From contig JASJPA010000001.1 in the NCBI GenBank assembly GCA_031426955.1, forward strand, positions 18,152-82,151: a stretch of DNA of 64,000 bases, written 5' to 3'. The notes beneath the pieces are model-generated. The model saw only the letters and a list, made by a program, of their open reading frames with translations, searched no databases and was not told the origin of the DNA. Of the stretch, positions 52,996-62,980 are shown piece by piece. Source of the DNA: Sulfuricella sp. (GTDB lineage Bacteria; Pseudomonadota; Gammaproteobacteria; Burkholderiales; Sulfuricellaceae). The stretch's first letter is position 1. Every line of letters starts with the position of its first letter. Position numbers and translations under genes: made by a program.

Positions 52996-53829
52996 ATGAT
53001 GATGAGACGGAGACTCACCGCTTTTCTGGCCTGTCTGTTTCTGGGTGCCAGCCTTGCTGCGAGCGCCGGGCCTGCCGAGGATCGCAAGGCCTTGACCGAG
53101 CATTACAAGCAGCGTCTTCCTGGCGTAAAGTTTGAGGATTATGTGCTGGGCGCCCTGGCGTTGAATAAAGACGCCCTGGATCAGTATGAAAGCATCATGA
53201 TTTTCCCGCCTTTCGTCAACGATGTCGATGATGGCAGGAAAATATGGGAAAAGCCGTTCAAGAACGGTAAGAAGTTCTCTTCGTGCTTTCCCGATGGCGG
53301 CAAGAATGTGGCTGGCCGCTATCCCTATTTCGACAATGCCAGCGGCAAGGTCATCACTTTCGAGAACGCGCTCAATGCCTGCCTGAAGGCGAACGGCGAG
53401 GCGGAGTTGAAATATGGCAGCAATGATCTCGGGTTGTTGTCGGCATATGTAAAGAGTTTGTCGGACGGGATGAAAGTGCAGGTCAAGGTGGAGGGCCCTG
53501 CTGCCCTGGCTGCGTATGAAAAAGGCAAGACACATTACTATAGCCGCCGCGGCCAGCTGAATTTCTCTTGCGCATCTTGCCATATCGACAATGTCGGTAT
53601 GTTCGTCCGTAGCGAACAGCTCTCCCCGATGATCGGGCAGGCGGCACACTGGCCGGAATTTCGCGCCGGAACGGAACTGGTTACGCTGCAAGGGCGTTTT
53701 CGGCAATGCCAAAAGAATGTGCGTGCAACTCCGCTGGAATTCAACAGTGAAGAGTACAACAATCTGGAATACTTCCTCACCTACATGAGCAACGGCCTGC
53801 CGATGCAGACGCCGGTGTTCCGCAAGTAA
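52996..53829 (+). CDS. soxA: SoxA cytochrome c, monoheme form
   Basis: One CASCH; first site reduced to FSSCF; RRGQLNF and RFRQC motifs. Confidence 0.95.
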   Translation: MMMRRRLTAFLACLFLGASLAASAGPAEDRKALTEHYKQRLPGVKFEDYVLGALALNKDALDQYESIMIFPPFVNDVDDGRKIWEKPFKNGKKFSSCFPDGGKNVAGRYPYFDNASGKVITFENALNACLKANGEAELKYGSNDLGLLSAYVKSLSDGMKVQVKVEGPAALAAYEKGKTHYYSRRGQLNFSCASCHIDNVGMFVRSEQLSPMIGQAAHWPEFRAGTELVTLQGRFRQCQKNVRATPLEFNSEEYNNLEYFLTYMSNGLPMQTPVFRK

Positions 53830-53842
53830 GCCACTCGGGCCA

Positions 53843-53912
53843 GGGGTATGGGGCTAGAGGCTGGAGGCGGTTGTCGCTTCGCGTTTTCCTCCTGCCCCTC
53901 GCCTCGTGCCTC
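53843..53912. repeat. Degenerate heptamer-built inverted repeat between soxA and soxB
   Basis: Arms 53843-53867 and 53888-53912 pair with 4 G-U and 3 mismatches. Confidence 0.6.
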
Positions 53913-53932
53913 TTTCCTGATTTGGAGTTCCC

Positions 53933-55648
53933 ATGTCCATGAACCGCCGCGAATTTCTGCAGATGCTGGCAGTGGCCGCCGCATCCGGCTTCGCGCTGAA
54001 CAGCCGGCAGGCCCTGTCTGCCAGCCACGCAGGAAGCTTCTACGATTTGCCCGCATACGGCAATGTCTCATTGCTGCACATCACCGATTGCCATGCTCAG
54101 TTGATGCCGATTTATTTCCGTGAACCCAACGTGAATATCGGCCTGGGCGCCAGCCTCAACAAGCCGCCGCACCTGGTGGGAGAGAAGCTGCTCAAGGCAT
54201 TCGGCATCCGTCCCGGCACGGTCGAAGCGCATGCTTTCACTTCCCTCGATTTCGAAAAGGCCGCCCGCACCTACGGCAAGGTCGGCGGCTTTGCCCACCT
54301 CGCCGGACTGGTGAAGAAGGTTCGCGCCAACCGTCCGGGGGCCTTGCTGCTGGATGGCGGCGATACCTGGCAGGGTTCCGCCACCGCGCTGTGGACCAAT
54401 GGCCAGGACATGGTGGATGCCTGCAAACTGCTTGGTGTGGACATCATGACCGGACACTGGGAATTCACTCTGGGCGCAGAGCGCGTCAAGCAGATCGTGG
54501 ACAACGATTTCAAGGGCAAGGTGGATTTTCTGGCGCAGAACATCAAGACCAACGATTTCGGCGACCAGGTGTTCCAGCCTTATGTCATCAAGCGCATGAA
54601 CGGCATCCCGGTTGCGATCATCGGCCAGGCCTTCCCCTACACGCCGATCGCCAACCCGCGTTACATGACCCCGGACTGGAGCTTCGGCATCCAGGACGAC
54701 AATATGCAGAAGATGGTAGATGAGGCTCGCGCCAAGGGCGCCCAGGTCGTGGTGGTGCTGTCCCACAACGGCATGGACGTGGACCTCAAAATGGCCAGCC
54801 GCGTCACCGGTATCGATGCCATCCTCGGCGGCCATACCCACGACGGCATGCCTGCTCCGTCCATCGTCAAGAATGCCAAGGGACAAACCCTGGTGACCAA
54901 CGCCGGTTCCAATGGCAAGTTTCTTGGCGTGCTGGATTTCGACGTCAGGAACGGCAAGGTGGCCGGCTTCAAATACAAGCTGCTGCCGGTGTTCGCTAAC
55001 CTGATTAAGCCGGATGCAAACATGGCAGCCCTGATCAAGAAGGTTCGCGCGCCCTACGAAGCCAAGCTGGCGGAAAAGCTGGCCGTCACCGAGGGGACGC
55101 TGTACCGCCGCGGCAACTTCAACGGCACCTTCGATCAATTGATTCTGGATGCCCTGATGGAAGTGAAAGGAGCGGACGCGGCCTTCTCTCCCGGCTTCCG
55201 CTGGGGCACTTCGCTGTTGCCGGGCGACACCATCACCATGGAAAATCTGATGGACCAGACCGCCATCACCTATCCCTATACCACGCTGACCGAAATGACC
55301 GGTGAAACGATCAAGTCCGTTATGGAAGACGTCTGTGACAACCTGTTCAATGCCGATCCCTACAAGCAGCAGGGCGGCGACATGGTGCGCGTCGGCGGCA
55401 TCAGCTATACCTGCGATTTGCGCCAGGGCTTCGGCAAGCGCATCAACAACATGGTTCTGAAGGGCAAGCCGCTCGATCCCAACAAGAAATACAAGGTGGC
55501 GGGCTGGGCACCGGTGGCGGAGGGCGCCAGCGGCGAGCCGGTCTGGGATGTGGTGGCGAGCTACTTGCGCGACAAGAAGGTGATCACGCCGCGCAAGCTC
55601 AATCTGCCCAGGCTGATCGGGGTGGAGGGCAATGCCGGCATCGCTTGA
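53933..55648 (+). CDS. soxB: Thiosulfohydrolase SoxB
   Basis: Tat RREFL; TDCHAQ, DGGDTWQGS, GHWEF and GGHTHD metallophosphoesterase motifs. Confidence 0.98.
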   Translation: MSMNRREFLQMLAVAAASGFALNSRQALSASHAGSFYDLPAYGNVSLLHITDCHAQLMPIYFREPNVNIGLGASLNKPPHLVGEKLLKAFGIRPGTVEAHAFTSLDFEKAARTYGKVGGFAHLAGLVKKVRANRPGALLLDGGDTWQGSATALWTNGQDMVDACKLLGVDIMTGHWEFTLGAERVKQIVDNDFKGKVDFLAQNIKTNDFGDQVFQPYVIKRMNGIPVAIIGQAFPYTPIANPRYMTPDWSFGIQDDNMQKMVDEARAKGAQVVVVLSHNGMDVDLKMASRVTGIDAILGGHTHDGMPAPSIVKNAKGQTLVTNAGSNGKFLGVLDFDVRNGKVAGFKYKLLPVFANLIKPDANMAALIKKVRAPYEAKLAEKLAVTEGTLYRRGNFNGTFDQLILDALMEVKGADAAFSPGFRWGTSLLPGDTITMENLMDQTAITYPYTTLTEMTGETIKSVMEDVCDNLFNADPYKQQGGDMVRVGGISYTCDLRQGFGKRINNMVLKGKPLDPNKKYKVAGWAPVAEGASGEPVWDVVASYLRDKKVITPRKLNLPRLIGVEGNAGIA

Positions 55649-55671
55649 ATAGGGTAAGATAGGCGGGCAAC

Positions 55672-55680
55672 TGCTATAAT
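55672..55680 (+). promoter_or_regulatory. Extended -10 promoter element for the exporter/cysC/wzm unit
   Basis: TG-c-TATAAT a short distance before the first CDS. Confidence 0.5.
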
Positions 55681-55696
55681 TTTTTCTTTGCCGAAG

Positions 55697-56869
55697 ATGC
55701 CTATGCCCTCAACCCGTTCCATCCGAATCCCGCTGGTTATTCTCGCGCTCATCGTCGCTGCCGGCGGCGCCTATTACTGGAAGACCCGGAGCGCCAGCCC
55801 CTCCCAGGAAAAGTTCAAAACCCAGGCTGTTGACCGCGGCGATATCGTCCAGACCATCTCGGCCAATGGCACCCTGAGCCCGGTGGTGCTGGTGAACGTA
55901 GGCACCCAGGTGTCCGGCACGGTGAAGAGGCTCAACGCGGATTTCAACAGCCGGGTGAAAGAAGGGCAGATCCTGGCGGAGCTCGACCCCGCCCTGTTCG
56001 AAGCCCAGCTCAGGCAGGACCAGGCCAACGTCGCCAATGCGGAGGCCAACCTTGTACTGATGAGAGCCAAGGAGGAGCGCGCGCGCTCATTGCAGAAGAA
56101 GGGTTTCATTTCGCAGGATGGCGTGGACCAGGCCCGGCAGCAACTGGACTCCGCATTGGCACAGATGAAGCTCACACAAGCCCAGTTGGCGCGTTCCCGC
56201 ACCAACCTGAACTATAGCGTGATCCGTTCGCCGATTTCCGGCGTGGTGGTGGCGCGCAACATCGATGTGGGCCAGACGGTTGCGGCCAGCTTTCAGACGC
56301 CGACGTTGTTCCAGATCGCCGGCGATCTCAAGCAGATGCAGATCGAAACCAGCGTGGCCGAGGCGGATATCGGCAATCTCACGATCGGCCTGCCGGTGCG
56401 CTTTAGCGTCGACGCCTTTGCCGACCGGCAGTTCGAAGGCCGCGTCAAGCAGGTCAGGCTGAACCCCACCGTGCAGCAGAACGTAGTGACCTACAATGTG
56501 GTGGTGGCGGTGGACAACCCGGATGAAGTGCTGTTGCCGGGTATGACCGCCCACGTCCAGATCATCGTTAGCCGCCACGAAAACGTGCTGCGCGTGCCGA
56601 ATGCGGCGCTGCGCTTCAAGCCGCTGAAGGAAGAAGGCGGCGAGACCGCCGGCAAGAACAACAACAGGAAAGAAAAAGGGCGCGGCGGCGCTACCGTTTA
56701 CCGGCTCGATCGCGGGGAGCCGAAGCCGGTGAGGATCAAGGCCGGCATTTCCGATGGCACCTACACCGAAGTGCTGGGGGATGAACTCAAGCCCGGGGAG
56801 TCGCTGGTAGTCAGAGAGATCGATACCAAGAAAGGCAAAGGTTCTGGCTTTGGCCTCAGGATGATGTAA
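55697..56869 (+). CDS. MacA-like periplasmic adaptor; start uncertain (55688/55697/55703)
   Basis: N-terminal TM, VGTQVSG, ISPISG-like IRSPISG, GQTVAASFQTP, LLPGMTA. Confidence 0.92.
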   Translation: MPMPSTRSIRIPLVILALIVAAGGAYYWKTRSASPSQEKFKTQAVDRGDIVQTISANGTLSPVVLVNVGTQVSGTVKRLNADFNSRVKEGQILAELDPALFEAQLRQDQANVANAEANLVLMRAKEERARSLQKKGFISQDGVDQARQQLDSALAQMKLTQAQLARSRTNLNYSVIRSPISGVVVARNIDVGQTVAASFQTPTLFQIAGDLKQMQIETSVAEADIGNLTIGLPVRFSVDAFADRQFEGRVKQVRLNPTVQQNVVTYNVVVAVDNPDEVLLPGMTAHVQIIVSRHENVLRVPNAALRFKPLKEEGGETAGKNNNRKEKGRGGATVYRLDRGEPKPVRIKAGISDGTYTEVLGDELKPGESLVVREIDTKKGKGSGFGLRMM

Positions 56870-57570
56870 TGGCCGATTCCCTGATCCGCGTCGAAGGCCT
56901 GCACAAGCAGTATGAAATCGCCGGCGGCCGCACCGCCCCGGTGCTGCATGACGTCAACCTGAGCATCGCCCCCGGCGAATTCGTCGCCATCATGGGGCCC
57001 TCCGGTTCGGGCAAGTCCACTTTCATGAACATCCTCGGCTGTCTCGATACGCCAACCAGCGGGCATTATTTCCTGAATGGCCGGGATGTCGCGCAGCTGA
57101 ATCCGGACGAACTTGCTAATCTGCGCAACGGCCTGATCGGCTTCGTGTTCCAGGGCTTCAATTTGCTCAAGCGCGTCACGGCTGTCGACAATGTCGCGCT
57201 GCCGCTGCTGTATGCCGGCCTGGGACAGGCTGAACGCCGTGAACGCGCCCTGGAAATGCTGCGCCAGACCGGCCTGGAAAAGTTCGCGCTATCGCTGCCC
57301 AATCAGCTCTCCGGCGGCCAGCAGCAGCGCGTCGCCATCGCCCGCGCGCTGATCAACCGCCCGCCGCTGATCCTGGCGGACGAGCCCACCGGCAATCTCG
57401 ACACCCACACCGGCCAGGAGATCATGGAAATATTCACCCGCCTCAACCGCGAACAGGGCATGACCGTCATCCTGGTAACCCACGAGCTGGATATCGCCCG
57501 CTATGCTCACCGGATGGTGCGCTTCGTGGACGGGCGGGTGGCGCATGATGGGGAGGTGGCGTCCGTATGA
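56869..57570 (+). CDS. MacB/LolD-like ABC ATP-binding subunit
   Basis: [27 protein letters not shown]. Confidence 0.95.
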   Translation: MADSLIRVEGLHKQYEIAGGRTAPVLHDVNLSIAPGEFVAIMGPSGSGKSTFMNILGCLDTPTSGHYFLNGRDVAQLNPDELANLRNGLIGFVFQGFNLLKRVTAVDNVALPLLYAGLGQAERRERALEMLRQTGLEKFALSLPNQLSGGQQQRVAIARALINRPPLILADEPTGNLDTHTGQEIMEIFTRLNREQGMTVILVTHELDIARYAHRMVRFVDGRVAHDGEVASV

Positions 57571-58790
57571 AAATTCTCGCCATCTTTGCCGAAGCCTGGC
57601 GCGCCATGGCGATGAATGGCATGCGCACCGCGCTGACCATGCTCGGCATGGTGATCGGCGTGGCGGCGGTGGTGCTGATGCTCGCCGTCGGCCAAGGCGC
57701 GCAGTACACCGTCAACCAGTCCATCGCCTCGATGGGCAGCCACCTGTTCATCGTCCTGTCCGGCGCCAGCACTTCAGGCGGGCTGCGCTTCGGCGCGGGC
57801 AGCGTGCCTACCCTGACCGTCGCCGATGCGCAGGCGCTCGCTCAAATCCCGTCGGTCAAGGCGGTTTCCCCCTCGTATCCGGGCAACGCCCAGCTGGCCT
57901 ATGGTTCAAACAACTGGAGCACCATCGTCACCGGCTCCACGCCGGATTACTTTACAGTGCGCAACTGGAGTCTGGACTCCGGGCATCCCTTCGAGGAAAG
58001 CGATGTGCGCGGCGCGACCCGGGTGGTCCTGCTCGGCCAGACGGTGGCAAAAAACCTGTTCGGCGAGGAAGACCCCACCGGCAAGATCATCCGCATCAAG
58101 AACATGCCGTTCCTGGTCGTTGGCCTGCTGTCGGCAAAGGGGCAGAGCCTGGACGGACGGGATCAGGACGACACCGCCGTGGTGCCGGTCACCACCGCCC
58201 AGCGCAAGCTTTTCGGCAACCAGTTCCCGGGCACGGTGCGCTACATCATGGTTCAGGCGCGATCGGCCGAAACGATGGATGAAGCGGAGCGTGAAATGAC
58301 CCAGTTGCTGCGCCAGCGCCATCGCCTGGCCGAAGATGCGGAAAACGACTTCACAATCCGCAACCTGACCTCGGTGGCGCAATCCGCCGCCGGATCGGCG
58401 CAGGCCATGTCCTTCATGCTCGGCGCCATCGCCTCCATTTCCCTGCTCGTGGGCGGGATCGGCATCATGAACATCATGCTGGTATCGGTCACCGAGCGCA
58501 CCCGGGAAATCGGCATCCGCATGGCGATCGGCGCGCGCCGCCGCGACATCCTGCTGCAATTTTTGCTCGAAGCGCTGATTATCTGCATCGTCGGCGGGCT
58601 GGTTGGCGTGCTCTTCGGCGTAGGGGGCGCCTGGCTGGTCAGTTCGATGGCGGAAATGGTCGTGGTGGTGACAGTGTGGTCGATCCTGCTGTCGTTTGCC
58701 TTTTCTGCCGCCATCGGCGTATTTTTCGGCTATTACCCGGCACGCAGGGCAGCGATGCTCAAGCCGGTGGAGGCGTTGCGCTATGAATAA
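57567..58790 (+). CDS. MacB/FtsX-family ABC permease
   Basis: [37 protein letters not shown]. Confidence 0.95.
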   Translation: MKILAIFAEAWRAMAMNGMRTALTMLGMVIGVAAVVLMLAVGQGAQYTVNQSIASMGSHLFIVLSGASTSGGLRFGAGSVPTLTVADAQALAQIPSVKAVSPSYPGNAQLAYGSNNWSTIVTGSTPDYFTVRNWSLDSGHPFEESDVRGATRVVLLGQTVAKNLFGEEDPTGKIIRIKNMPFLVVGLLSAKGQSLDGRDQDDTAVVPVTTAQRKLFGNQFPGTVRYIMVQARSAETMDEAEREMTQLLRQRHRLAEDAENDFTIRNLTSVAQSAAGSAQAMSFMLGAIASISLLVGGIGIMNIMLVSVTERTREIGIRMAIGARRRDILLQFLLEALIICIVGGLVGVLFGVGGAWLVSSMAEMVVVVTVWSILLSFAFSAAIGVFFGYYPARRAAMLKPVEALRYE

Positions 58791-59397
58791 TAAAAGCTCC
58801 GATACCGTCTGGCACCATGCCACGGTAACGCGCGCTCGCAGGGAACAACTCAACGGCCACAAAAGCGTGATCGTGTGGTTTACCGGGCTTTCCGGTGCCG
58901 GCAAGTCGACATTGGCGCACGCGGTTGAAGAGAGGCTGCACCAGAGGAGTTGCCGAACCTTTGTTTTCGATGGCGACAATGTTCGTCACGGACTGTGCGG
59001 TGATCTGGATTTTTCCGAGGAGGATCGCAGGGAAAATATCCGCCGCATCGGCGAAATGGCCAAGCTGTTTGTCGAAGCGGGCGTGGTTGCGCTGACCGCC
59101 TTCATCTCGCCCTTTCGCGCGGATCGTCTCAAGGTTCGCAATCTGACGGCTCACGGCGATTTCATCGAAATCTATTGCCGCTGTCCGATTGAGGTTTGTG
59201 AGCAGAGGGATGTGAAAGGGATGTACCGCCGGGCCCGTGCCGGCGAGATTCGCGATTTCACCGGCATCTCCTCCCCCTATGAAGAACCGGAAAATCCGGA
59301 ACTGGCCATCGATACAGGCAGCATGCCGCTGGATCAATGTGTGGATCAGGTCGTCGGCTACCTACAGGGCCGCGGAGTGATCCCCAAACCGCAATGA
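58783..59397 (+). CDS. cysC: Adenylyl-sulfate kinase
   Basis: [36 protein letters not shown]. Confidence 0.96.
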   Translation: MNNKSSDTVWHHATVTRARREQLNGHKSVIVWFTGLSGAGKSTLAHAVEERLHQRSCRTFVFDGDNVRHGLCGDLDFSEEDRRENIRRIGEMAKLFVEAGVVALTAFISPFRADRLKVRNLTAHGDFIEIYCRCPIEVCEQRDVKGMYRRARAGEIRDFTGISSPYEEPENPELAIDTGSMPLDQCVDQVVGYLQGRGVIPKPQ

Positions 59398-60203
59398 GCC
59401 AAATGGTTTTCAATCCCCTGCGCATCGTTGCCGATATCTGGCGCCATCGTTACCTGCTTGGCCAGCTCATCAAGCGCGATGTGCTGCTGCGCTACCGGGG
59501 CGCGATGTTTGGCGTGCTGTGGATTTTTCTCAGCCCACTGCTGATGCTGGGTATTTTTGCCTTCGTCTTCGGCCATATCTTTCAGGCGCGCTGGCCCCAG
59601 CAGCAGGAGGGGCTGCCCTTCTGGCTGATCCTGTATAGCGGCCTGATCGTATTCAACATCTTTGCCGAAGCCGTATCCCGCTCGCCCTCGGCGGTGCGCG
59701 GCTACCCCAGCTTCGTGAAAAAAATCATCTTTCCGGTGGAAATCCTGCCCCTGGTTCCCCTCGGCGCAGGGCTGGTGCATGGCGCATTCAATTTCCTCAT
59801 TCTGCTGGCGGCACTGGCCTGGACAGGCAATCTGCACGCGCAAGTGCTTTTCTTCCCCTTCCTGCTCATTCCCATCCTGCTGCTCGCCTTGGGTTTTTCC
59901 TGGTTTCTCGCCGCTTGGGGAGTGTTCATCAAGGACATGACCCAGATCGTGCCGCTGTTCGTGCAGATGCTGATGTTTTTGTCGCCGGTGTTCTACCCGG
60001 TGAGCGCTGTGCCTGAAGCGCTGCGCCCCCTTTATTTGCATAATCCGCTCGGTGCGGTGATAGAGGCTGGACGGGCGGCTTCCCTGGGAACGTCGATTCC
60101 GTGGGCTCCCTGGATCACCGCGCTGGCCATCGGTTTGGCAGCTGCCATTCTCGGTTATGCCTTCTTTCAGCACAGCCGCGAGGAATTCGCCGATGCGCTG
60201 TAA
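59394..60203 (+). CDS. wzm: Polysaccharide ABC transporter permease
   Basis: [26 protein letters not shown]; ATGA overlap with cysC. Confidence 0.93.
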   Translation: MSQMVFNPLRIVADIWRHRYLLGQLIKRDVLLRYRGAMFGVLWIFLSPLLMLGIFAFVFGHIFQARWPQQQEGLPFWLILYSGLIVFNIFAEAVSRSPSAVRGYPSFVKKIIFPVEILPLVPLGAGLVHGAFNFLILLAALAWTGNLHAQVLFFPFLLIPILLLALGFSWFLAAWGVFIKDMTQIVPLFVQMLMFLSPVFYPVSAVPEALRPLYLHNPLGAVIEAGRAASLGTSIPWAPWITALAIGLAAAILGYAFFQHSREEFADAL

Positions 60204-60248
60204 AAAGGCGCCCGCATCGCTGTGTTCATGGTATGTCAGTGCGCCCTA

Positions 60249-60277
60249 TTCATTGTTTATACAAATTTATATATAAT
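60249..60277 (+). promoter_or_regulatory. Promoter and operator for the higBA-like module; probably leaderless mRNA
   Basis: TTCATT-N17-TATAAT ending 7 nt before ATG 60284; near-palindrome TATACAAATTTATATA at 60258-60273; no SD. Confidence 0.6.
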
Positions 60278-60283
60278 TACAAA

Positions 60284-60610
60284 ATGAAGCCAGTTGAGTT
60301 TATCGGTGCTGCGCTTGATGACCTGCGCGCCTTTCCCGAAATCGCACGACGCGAGGCCGGGTATCAAATTGATAAGGTGCAGCATGGCGAGACGCCGGAC
60401 GATTGGAAACCAATGACCAGCATTGGCTCGGGTGTCAAAGAGATTCGCATTCAGGATGCTTCGGGCGCATTCCGGGTGATCTATCTCGCCAAACTGGCTG
60501 ATGCAGTCTATGTGCTGCATTGCTTTCAGAAAAAAAGCGAGCAAACCAGCGAGGTCGATATTCGTTTGGCGCGTAAGCGGTTCAAGGAACTGACAAAGGA
60601 TCCATCATGA
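60284..60610 (+). CDS. HigB/RelE (Gp49-like) toxin
   Basis: LDDLRAFP..ARREAGYQ, GVKEIRI, FRVIY, VLHCFQKK. Confidence 0.9.
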   Translation: MKPVEFIGAALDDLRAFPEIARREAGYQIDKVQHGETPDDWKPMTSIGSGVKEIRIQDASGAFRVIYLAKLADAVYVLHCFQKKSEQTSEVDIRLARKRFKELTKDPS

Positions 60611-60924
60611 CCGGGCAACGTTTTTCCAGTGTTTGGGATGCAATCGAGGACACCCCACAGCAAGCCGCCAGCATGAAGGCTCGCTCTGATTTGATGCGGG
60701 CGTTGCAATCGTGGATCGAGTCCGAGGGGCTAAATCAGGTTGCCGCAGCGGGGCTGTTTGGTGTCACGCAACCACGAATTTCAGATCTTGTGCGCGGGCG
60801 AATCAATCTATTTTCGCTGGATACCTTGATGGATATGGCGGCAACAGCGGGCTTATCGCCTCATGTGGCAATCAAGGTGCCAAAGCGTGGCAAGCGACGG
60901 GATTCTGACGTGATCCATGCTTGA
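60607..60924 (+). CDS. HigA-like XRE HTH antitoxin
   Basis: GLNQVAAAGLFGVTQPRISDLVRGRINLFSLD; ATGA overlap. Confidence 0.9.
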   Translation: MTGQRFSSVWDAIEDTPQQAASMKARSDLMRALQSWIESEGLNQVAAAGLFGVTQPRISDLVRGRINLFSLDTLMDMAATAGLSPHVAIKVPKRGKRRDSDVIHA

Positions 60925-61109
60925 GCAAGCAGCCCAATCATCCATCGCCTTACCACGCTGCACTTGTCGAAAAGCTGATTAAATATGCGGATGAGTGAAA
61001 TGAAAACCGGACATGCGCGACAAGCCAGCCATCAGGTCAGAAAACAACGCCCTCTGCTCACAGATATAGAGAAATCACACAAAGCAACCCCTCCAGCAGG
61101 AGACATGAC

Positions 61110-61403
61110 ATGCCACGAGATGACATCCTGACCTTCCTGAGAACTCACAAGCAGGAAATGCAACTGAACTACGGTGTGGCCGTTATCGGACTTTTTGGCA
61201 GCTACGCACGCCAGGCTGCGCGGGACGACTCGGATATCGATATCCTCGTCGAATTTCAGGCCGAGAAGAAAACCTTGCGGAATTTCTTCGGGTGCAAACG
61301 CTATCTTGAAGAAAACCTTGGAAGGCACGTCGATCTTGGCATCGAGAGCGCATTGAAGCCGATGGTTCACGAGACAATAAAAAAAGATGTTCTCTATGCC
61401 TGA
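61110..61403 (+). CDS. Minimal nucleotidyltransferase (MNT) antitoxin
   Basis: GLFGSYAR..ARDDSDIDILVEF; SD GGAG. Confidence 0.92.
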   Translation: MPRDDILTFLRTHKQEMQLNYGVAVIGLFGSYARQAARDDSDIDILVEFQAEKKTLRNFFGCKRYLEENLGRHVDLGIESALKPMVHETIKKDVLYA

Positions 61404-61707
61404 ACGCCATCACCAGCTTTATCTCACGGACATACTGGATTCTGGGCCCGCATTCCAGTCCTATGTTCAAGACATTGCCTTCGAACAGTTCATTGTCGAG
61501 AGGATGCGCTGCGCAGCCGTCATACGTGAATTTGAGATCATCGGCGAAGCGGTTGGAAAACTGCCGGAAACAGTCAAGGCTGACTCCCCTGAGGTGCCGT
61601 GGCGTGATATCAATGCCATAAAGACAGAACTCCCATTACTGCTGGACGCGACTCAGACGATCCTCAGCGGCGAGCAAACAAAGGAAAGTAATCGGGATGC
61701 CCTCTGA
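61396..61707 (+). pseudogene. HEPN/DUF86 ribonuclease with the catalytic segment deleted in frame
   Basis: LYLTDIL...EIIGEAVGKLP...VPWRDI runs directly into NAIKTELP; no R-X4-H motif. Confidence 0.8.
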
Positions 61708-62980
61708 CGAAATCGCCATCTCGGTCAAAAATCTCACCAAGAAATATCGTATCTTCGGCCACCCCGGCGACCGGATCAAGCAGGCGCTTACCTTTGGTCG
61801 GGTTCGCTTTCACCGGGAATTTACGGCCTTGCAGGACGTTTCCTTTGAAATCAAAAAAGGAGAAACCGTCGGCATCATTGGCCGTAATGGGTCGGGTAAG
61901 AGCACCTTGCTGCAGCTCATCTGCGGCATTCTCAAACCCACATCCGGCACCGTGCAGGTCAATGGACGTGTTTCCGCTTTGTTGGAATTGGGTGCTGGCT
62001 TCAACCCGGAATTTACCGGGCGTGAGAATGTTTACTTCCAGGGTGCGGTGATGGGCCTGACGAAGGAAGAAATGGACGAACGTTTCGATGTCATCGCCGC
62101 CTTCGCGGAAATCGGGGAATTCATTGACCAGCCGGTGCGGACTTATTCGAGTGGGATGTTTGTGCGGCTGGCGTTCGCAGTGGCCGTCAGTGTGGAGCCC
62201 GATGTCTTGGTGGTGGATGAGGCGCTTGCAGTGGGCGACTCGGGGTTCCAAGCGAAGTGTTTCCGCCGTATGCAGGAGATGTGCGATGGCGGCGTCACCA
62301 TATTATTCGTTACCCATGATATGGACCAAATCATCCAGATGTGCCGACGGGCACTGTTCCTAGATGAAGGGACTCTCTTGGGCGATGGGCAGCCGAATGG
62401 TATTGCGAACCGCTATCTGGACAGCCTGTTTACCCATGTGCGGGGTGAAAAAGTGAGTGAACGCCCCTCGTGTGGACACGTCAACGAGGCCGAACATTTC
62501 CACCTCCACCCTGCCTATCACTCCGGTGAATACCGCTGGGGCAATGGAGGGGCCGCCATACAGGATTTTGTTCTGCGCCAGAATGGACTGGATAACCCGC
62601 CTGTATTGGAGTCGGGTATGCCAGTGGAGTTGTCGATTCTCGTTAGCTTTCATCAGAGCACCACTCACCCCGTTTTCGGCCTTGCCCTCAAATCTAAGCA
62701 AGGCGCCATCCTGTTCGGAGCGAATTCCGACACTATTCCAGATATCCCAGACACGCTGCCTCGCAGCGCCGGGGAAGTCTTGTGGGCGATCTTCACATTC
62801 ACCCCGTGGCTCCACTCTGGAGACTACTTCCTATCCGTGGGCGTGGTGGAAATCTGTGACCAGGGAATTCTTCCCCTGGATCGGCGCTACGACTCTATCC
62901 GCTTCTCTGTGCGGCACTCCGCCTCCCAAGCCGGTCCGGTAGCGATGAACCCGGGCTTCAGTTTTCTTGATTCACCATGA
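61697..62980 (+). CDS. wzt: Polysaccharide ABC transporter ATPase with a C-terminal Wzt_C domain
   Basis: GRNGSGKSTLL, YSSGMFVRLAF, VDEALAVGD, RWGNGGA. Confidence 0.94.
   Translation: MPSDEIAISVKNLTKKYRIFGHPGDRIKQALTFGRVRFHREFTALQDVSFEIKKGETVGIIGRNGSGKSTLLQLICGILKPTSGTVQVNGRVSALLELGAGFNPEFTGRENVYFQGAVMGLTKEEMDERFDVIAAFAEIGEFIDQPVRTYSSGMFVRLAFAVAVSVEPDVLVVDEALAVGDSGFQAKCFRRMQEMCDGGVTILFVTHDMDQIIQMCRRALFLDEGTLLGDGQPNGIANRYLDSLFTHVRGEKVSERPSCGHVNEAEHFHLHPAYHSGEYRWGNGGAAIQDFVLRQNGLDNPPVLESGMPVELSILVSFHQSTTHPVFGLALKSKQGAILFGANSDTIPDIPDTLPRSAGEVLWAIFTFTPWLHSGDYFLSVGVVEICDQGILPLDRRYDSIRFSVRHSASQAGPVAMNPGFSFLDSP

Noticed and set aside
60917-61100. Possible gene remnant between higA and the MNT gene
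   Set aside because: Only a 21-codon frame and an 8-bp match to the wzt junction; no assignable homology
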